From a virus: a stretch of DNA of 14,577 nucleotides. Positions 13,653 to 14,577 of the stretch are shown piece after piece (position 1 is the first letter of the stretch; every line of letters begins with the position of its first letter). Position numbers and translations under genes: made by a program. Below the pieces are notes generated by a model that saw only the letters and a program-made list of their open reading frames with translations, made no database searches and was not told the origin of the DNA. Location of the stretch: the UHGV virus genome UHGV-1333726. One strand, 5' to 3'.

Positions 13653-13949
13653 TTAATCGTTAATGACCTGGCCCATACGCCCGCGATATTTGCGCATACG
13701 TGGATCGACATATTCAGGCCAATGCATATCCGGTTTTCTTTGCAGTGGGTAAAAACTTGCCTGCCAGTTGTCGAACCATATTTGTTTTGCGTACAGGTCA
13801 CTAAATCTTTTTGCCATCCGTTCCGCTGCCGTTCCGCATAAAAAAAGCCCATGATCGATATGATCACGGGCTTCTTTGAGAACTTGCTCTTTTGTTCGCG
13901 GTGGCGGTGGCGTTTTTAAATAATCAACCATCGCTAACCACCTCGTCAT
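13653..13949 (-). CDS. hypothetical protein, start uncertain
   Basis: ATG 13949 with GAGGGAG upstream (alternatives 13976, 13931); contains a PPPP stretch. Confidence 0.5.
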   Translation of the reverse strand: MTRWLAMVDYLKTPPPPRTKEQVLKEARDHIDHGLFLCGTAAERMAKRFSDLYAKQIWFDNWQASFYPLQRKPDMHWPEYVDPRMRKYRGRMGQVIND

Positions 13950-14445
13950 GCGCGTTGGCTCCCTCACCATGCTCATTGTGCCACGCTCGATGGCAAATAG
14001 GACAAAGCCACATAACGTCTAACGGCTTATCATAATCGCAATGGTGAGCGTGCACGCGTTCGCTTCTTCCGCATACTTCGCAAGGTTGTTTGACCAGCTT
14101 GCCGTCACGGATGGCATTTCCTACCATTATTTCAGCGTGCCTTTTCTTTGGGTTACTTCCCTGCCATTTATCCCTGCTTCTTTTCATCGCTTCCTTGCCT
14201 TTTTCAGTTTGCTGATACTTTCTTTTCATCTCCTTTCTTTCTTCCGACTGGTCTCTTATTTTGTCGTATTCCTTATAGTGCTCTTTGTTTTCTTTGTAAT
14301 TATTTTTGACATCTCGTTTTGTACACTCCTTGCATTTATTTAAATAGCCATCAGCCATTTTTTTATGTTTATAGAAACAAGAAAGGGGCAATAACGCCCC
14401 GCATTTAAAACATTGTTTATAGTGCGTAAATTCTGTGTTTTCCAT
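13924..14445 (-). CDS. HNH endonuclease with N-terminal zinc ribbon
   Basis: ATG 14445; C-terminal VHAHHCDYDKPLDVMWLCPICHRAWH is a canonical HNH motif; N-terminal CFKCG...CKEC; the ORF-track extension to 14574 is the alternative frame of the ssb tail. Confidence 0.8.
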   Translation of the reverse strand: MENTEFTHYKQCFKCGALLPLSCFYKHKKMADGYLNKCKECTKRDVKNNYKENKEHYKEYDKIRDQSEERKEMKRKYQQTEKGKEAMKRSRDKWQGSNPKKRHAEIMVGNAIRDGKLVKQPCEVCGRSERVHAHHCDYDKPLDVMWLCPICHRAWHNEHGEGANAHDEVVSDG

Positions 14446-14577
14446 ACTGCAACCCCACGTAACCGAATGGAATCGAATCATCAAAATCCATTGGCGGCTC
14501 TTTATATCCACCGCTATGACTCTGCTGTTGCTGTCCTGCATCATTGCTGCCACCTTTGCCGCCAGTAAACTCAAAGT
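14417..14577 (-). CDS. ssb: single-stranded DNA-binding protein, C-terminal fragment (5' end beyond window) with atypical extension
   Basis: Frame entering from the window edge reads ...GGKGGSNDAGQQQQSHSGGYKEPPMDFDDSIPF (Gly/Gln-rich linker plus acidic tip like E. coli SSB ...PPMDFDDDIPF) but continues GYVGLQYGKHRIYAL before TAA at 14417. Confidence 0.5.
   Translation of the reverse strand, partial: FEFTGGKGGSNDAGQQQQSHSGGYKEPPMDFDDSIPFGYVGLQYGKHRIYAL

Noticed and set aside
13637-13867. Minus-strand 76-aa ORF
   Set aside because: Alternative frame overlapping 13653..13949; no start context
1284-14343. All other plus-strand ORFs in the track (e.g. 3472..3810, 4805..5140, 5747..6058, 14041..14343)
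   Set aside because: Each is fully contained antisense within minus-strand genes that show translational coupling and recognisable motifs; no independent support
14446-14574. N-terminal extension of the HNH ORF in the track (MSLLAAKVAAMMQDSNSR...)
   Set aside because: This is the alternative reading frame of the Gly/Gln-rich SSB linker; HNH more plausibly starts at ATG 14445
1-14577. Search for tRNA, CRISPR repeats, integrase/transposase, att sites
   Set aside because: No T-loop-like GGTTCGANTCC signatures, no regularly spaced direct repeats, and no large recombinase ORFs were seen by eye; absence not proven without tRNAscan or repeat-finder tools

Overview
The window reads as one continuous minus-strand block of a lambdoid-type phage or prophage. 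Every supported gene is on the - strand, tightly packed, often with overlapping stop/start codons. No database search was run, so all calls rest on motifs read by eye and recalled family signatures; most small ORFs are unassigned. In coding order (high to low coordinate): the C-terminal end of an SSB-like gene; an HNH endonuclease; a run of small genes of unknown function; a DNA-modification cluster (Dam-family N6-adenine methyltransferase, unknown 163-aa protein, multi-TM VUT/YhhQ-like membrane protein, compact C5-methyltransferase-fold protein); nin-region genes (NinF-like, NinG, RusA, NinH-like); a zinc-finger Q antiterminator; about 17 small unassigned genes spanning 4.4 kb; a candidate late promoter and terminator; and a phage-21-type lysis cassette (pinholin, SAR endolysin, Rz with embedded Rz1, running off the window). 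The two candidates for something new are the methyltransferase/transporter cluster and the gene block between Q and the lysis genes. A palindromic GATC-containing motif recurs in the two largest early-region intergenic gaps. No rRNA, tRNA, CRISPR array, integrase or transposase was recognised. Two 10-N runs (6371-6380, 11129-11138) interrupt the sequence.
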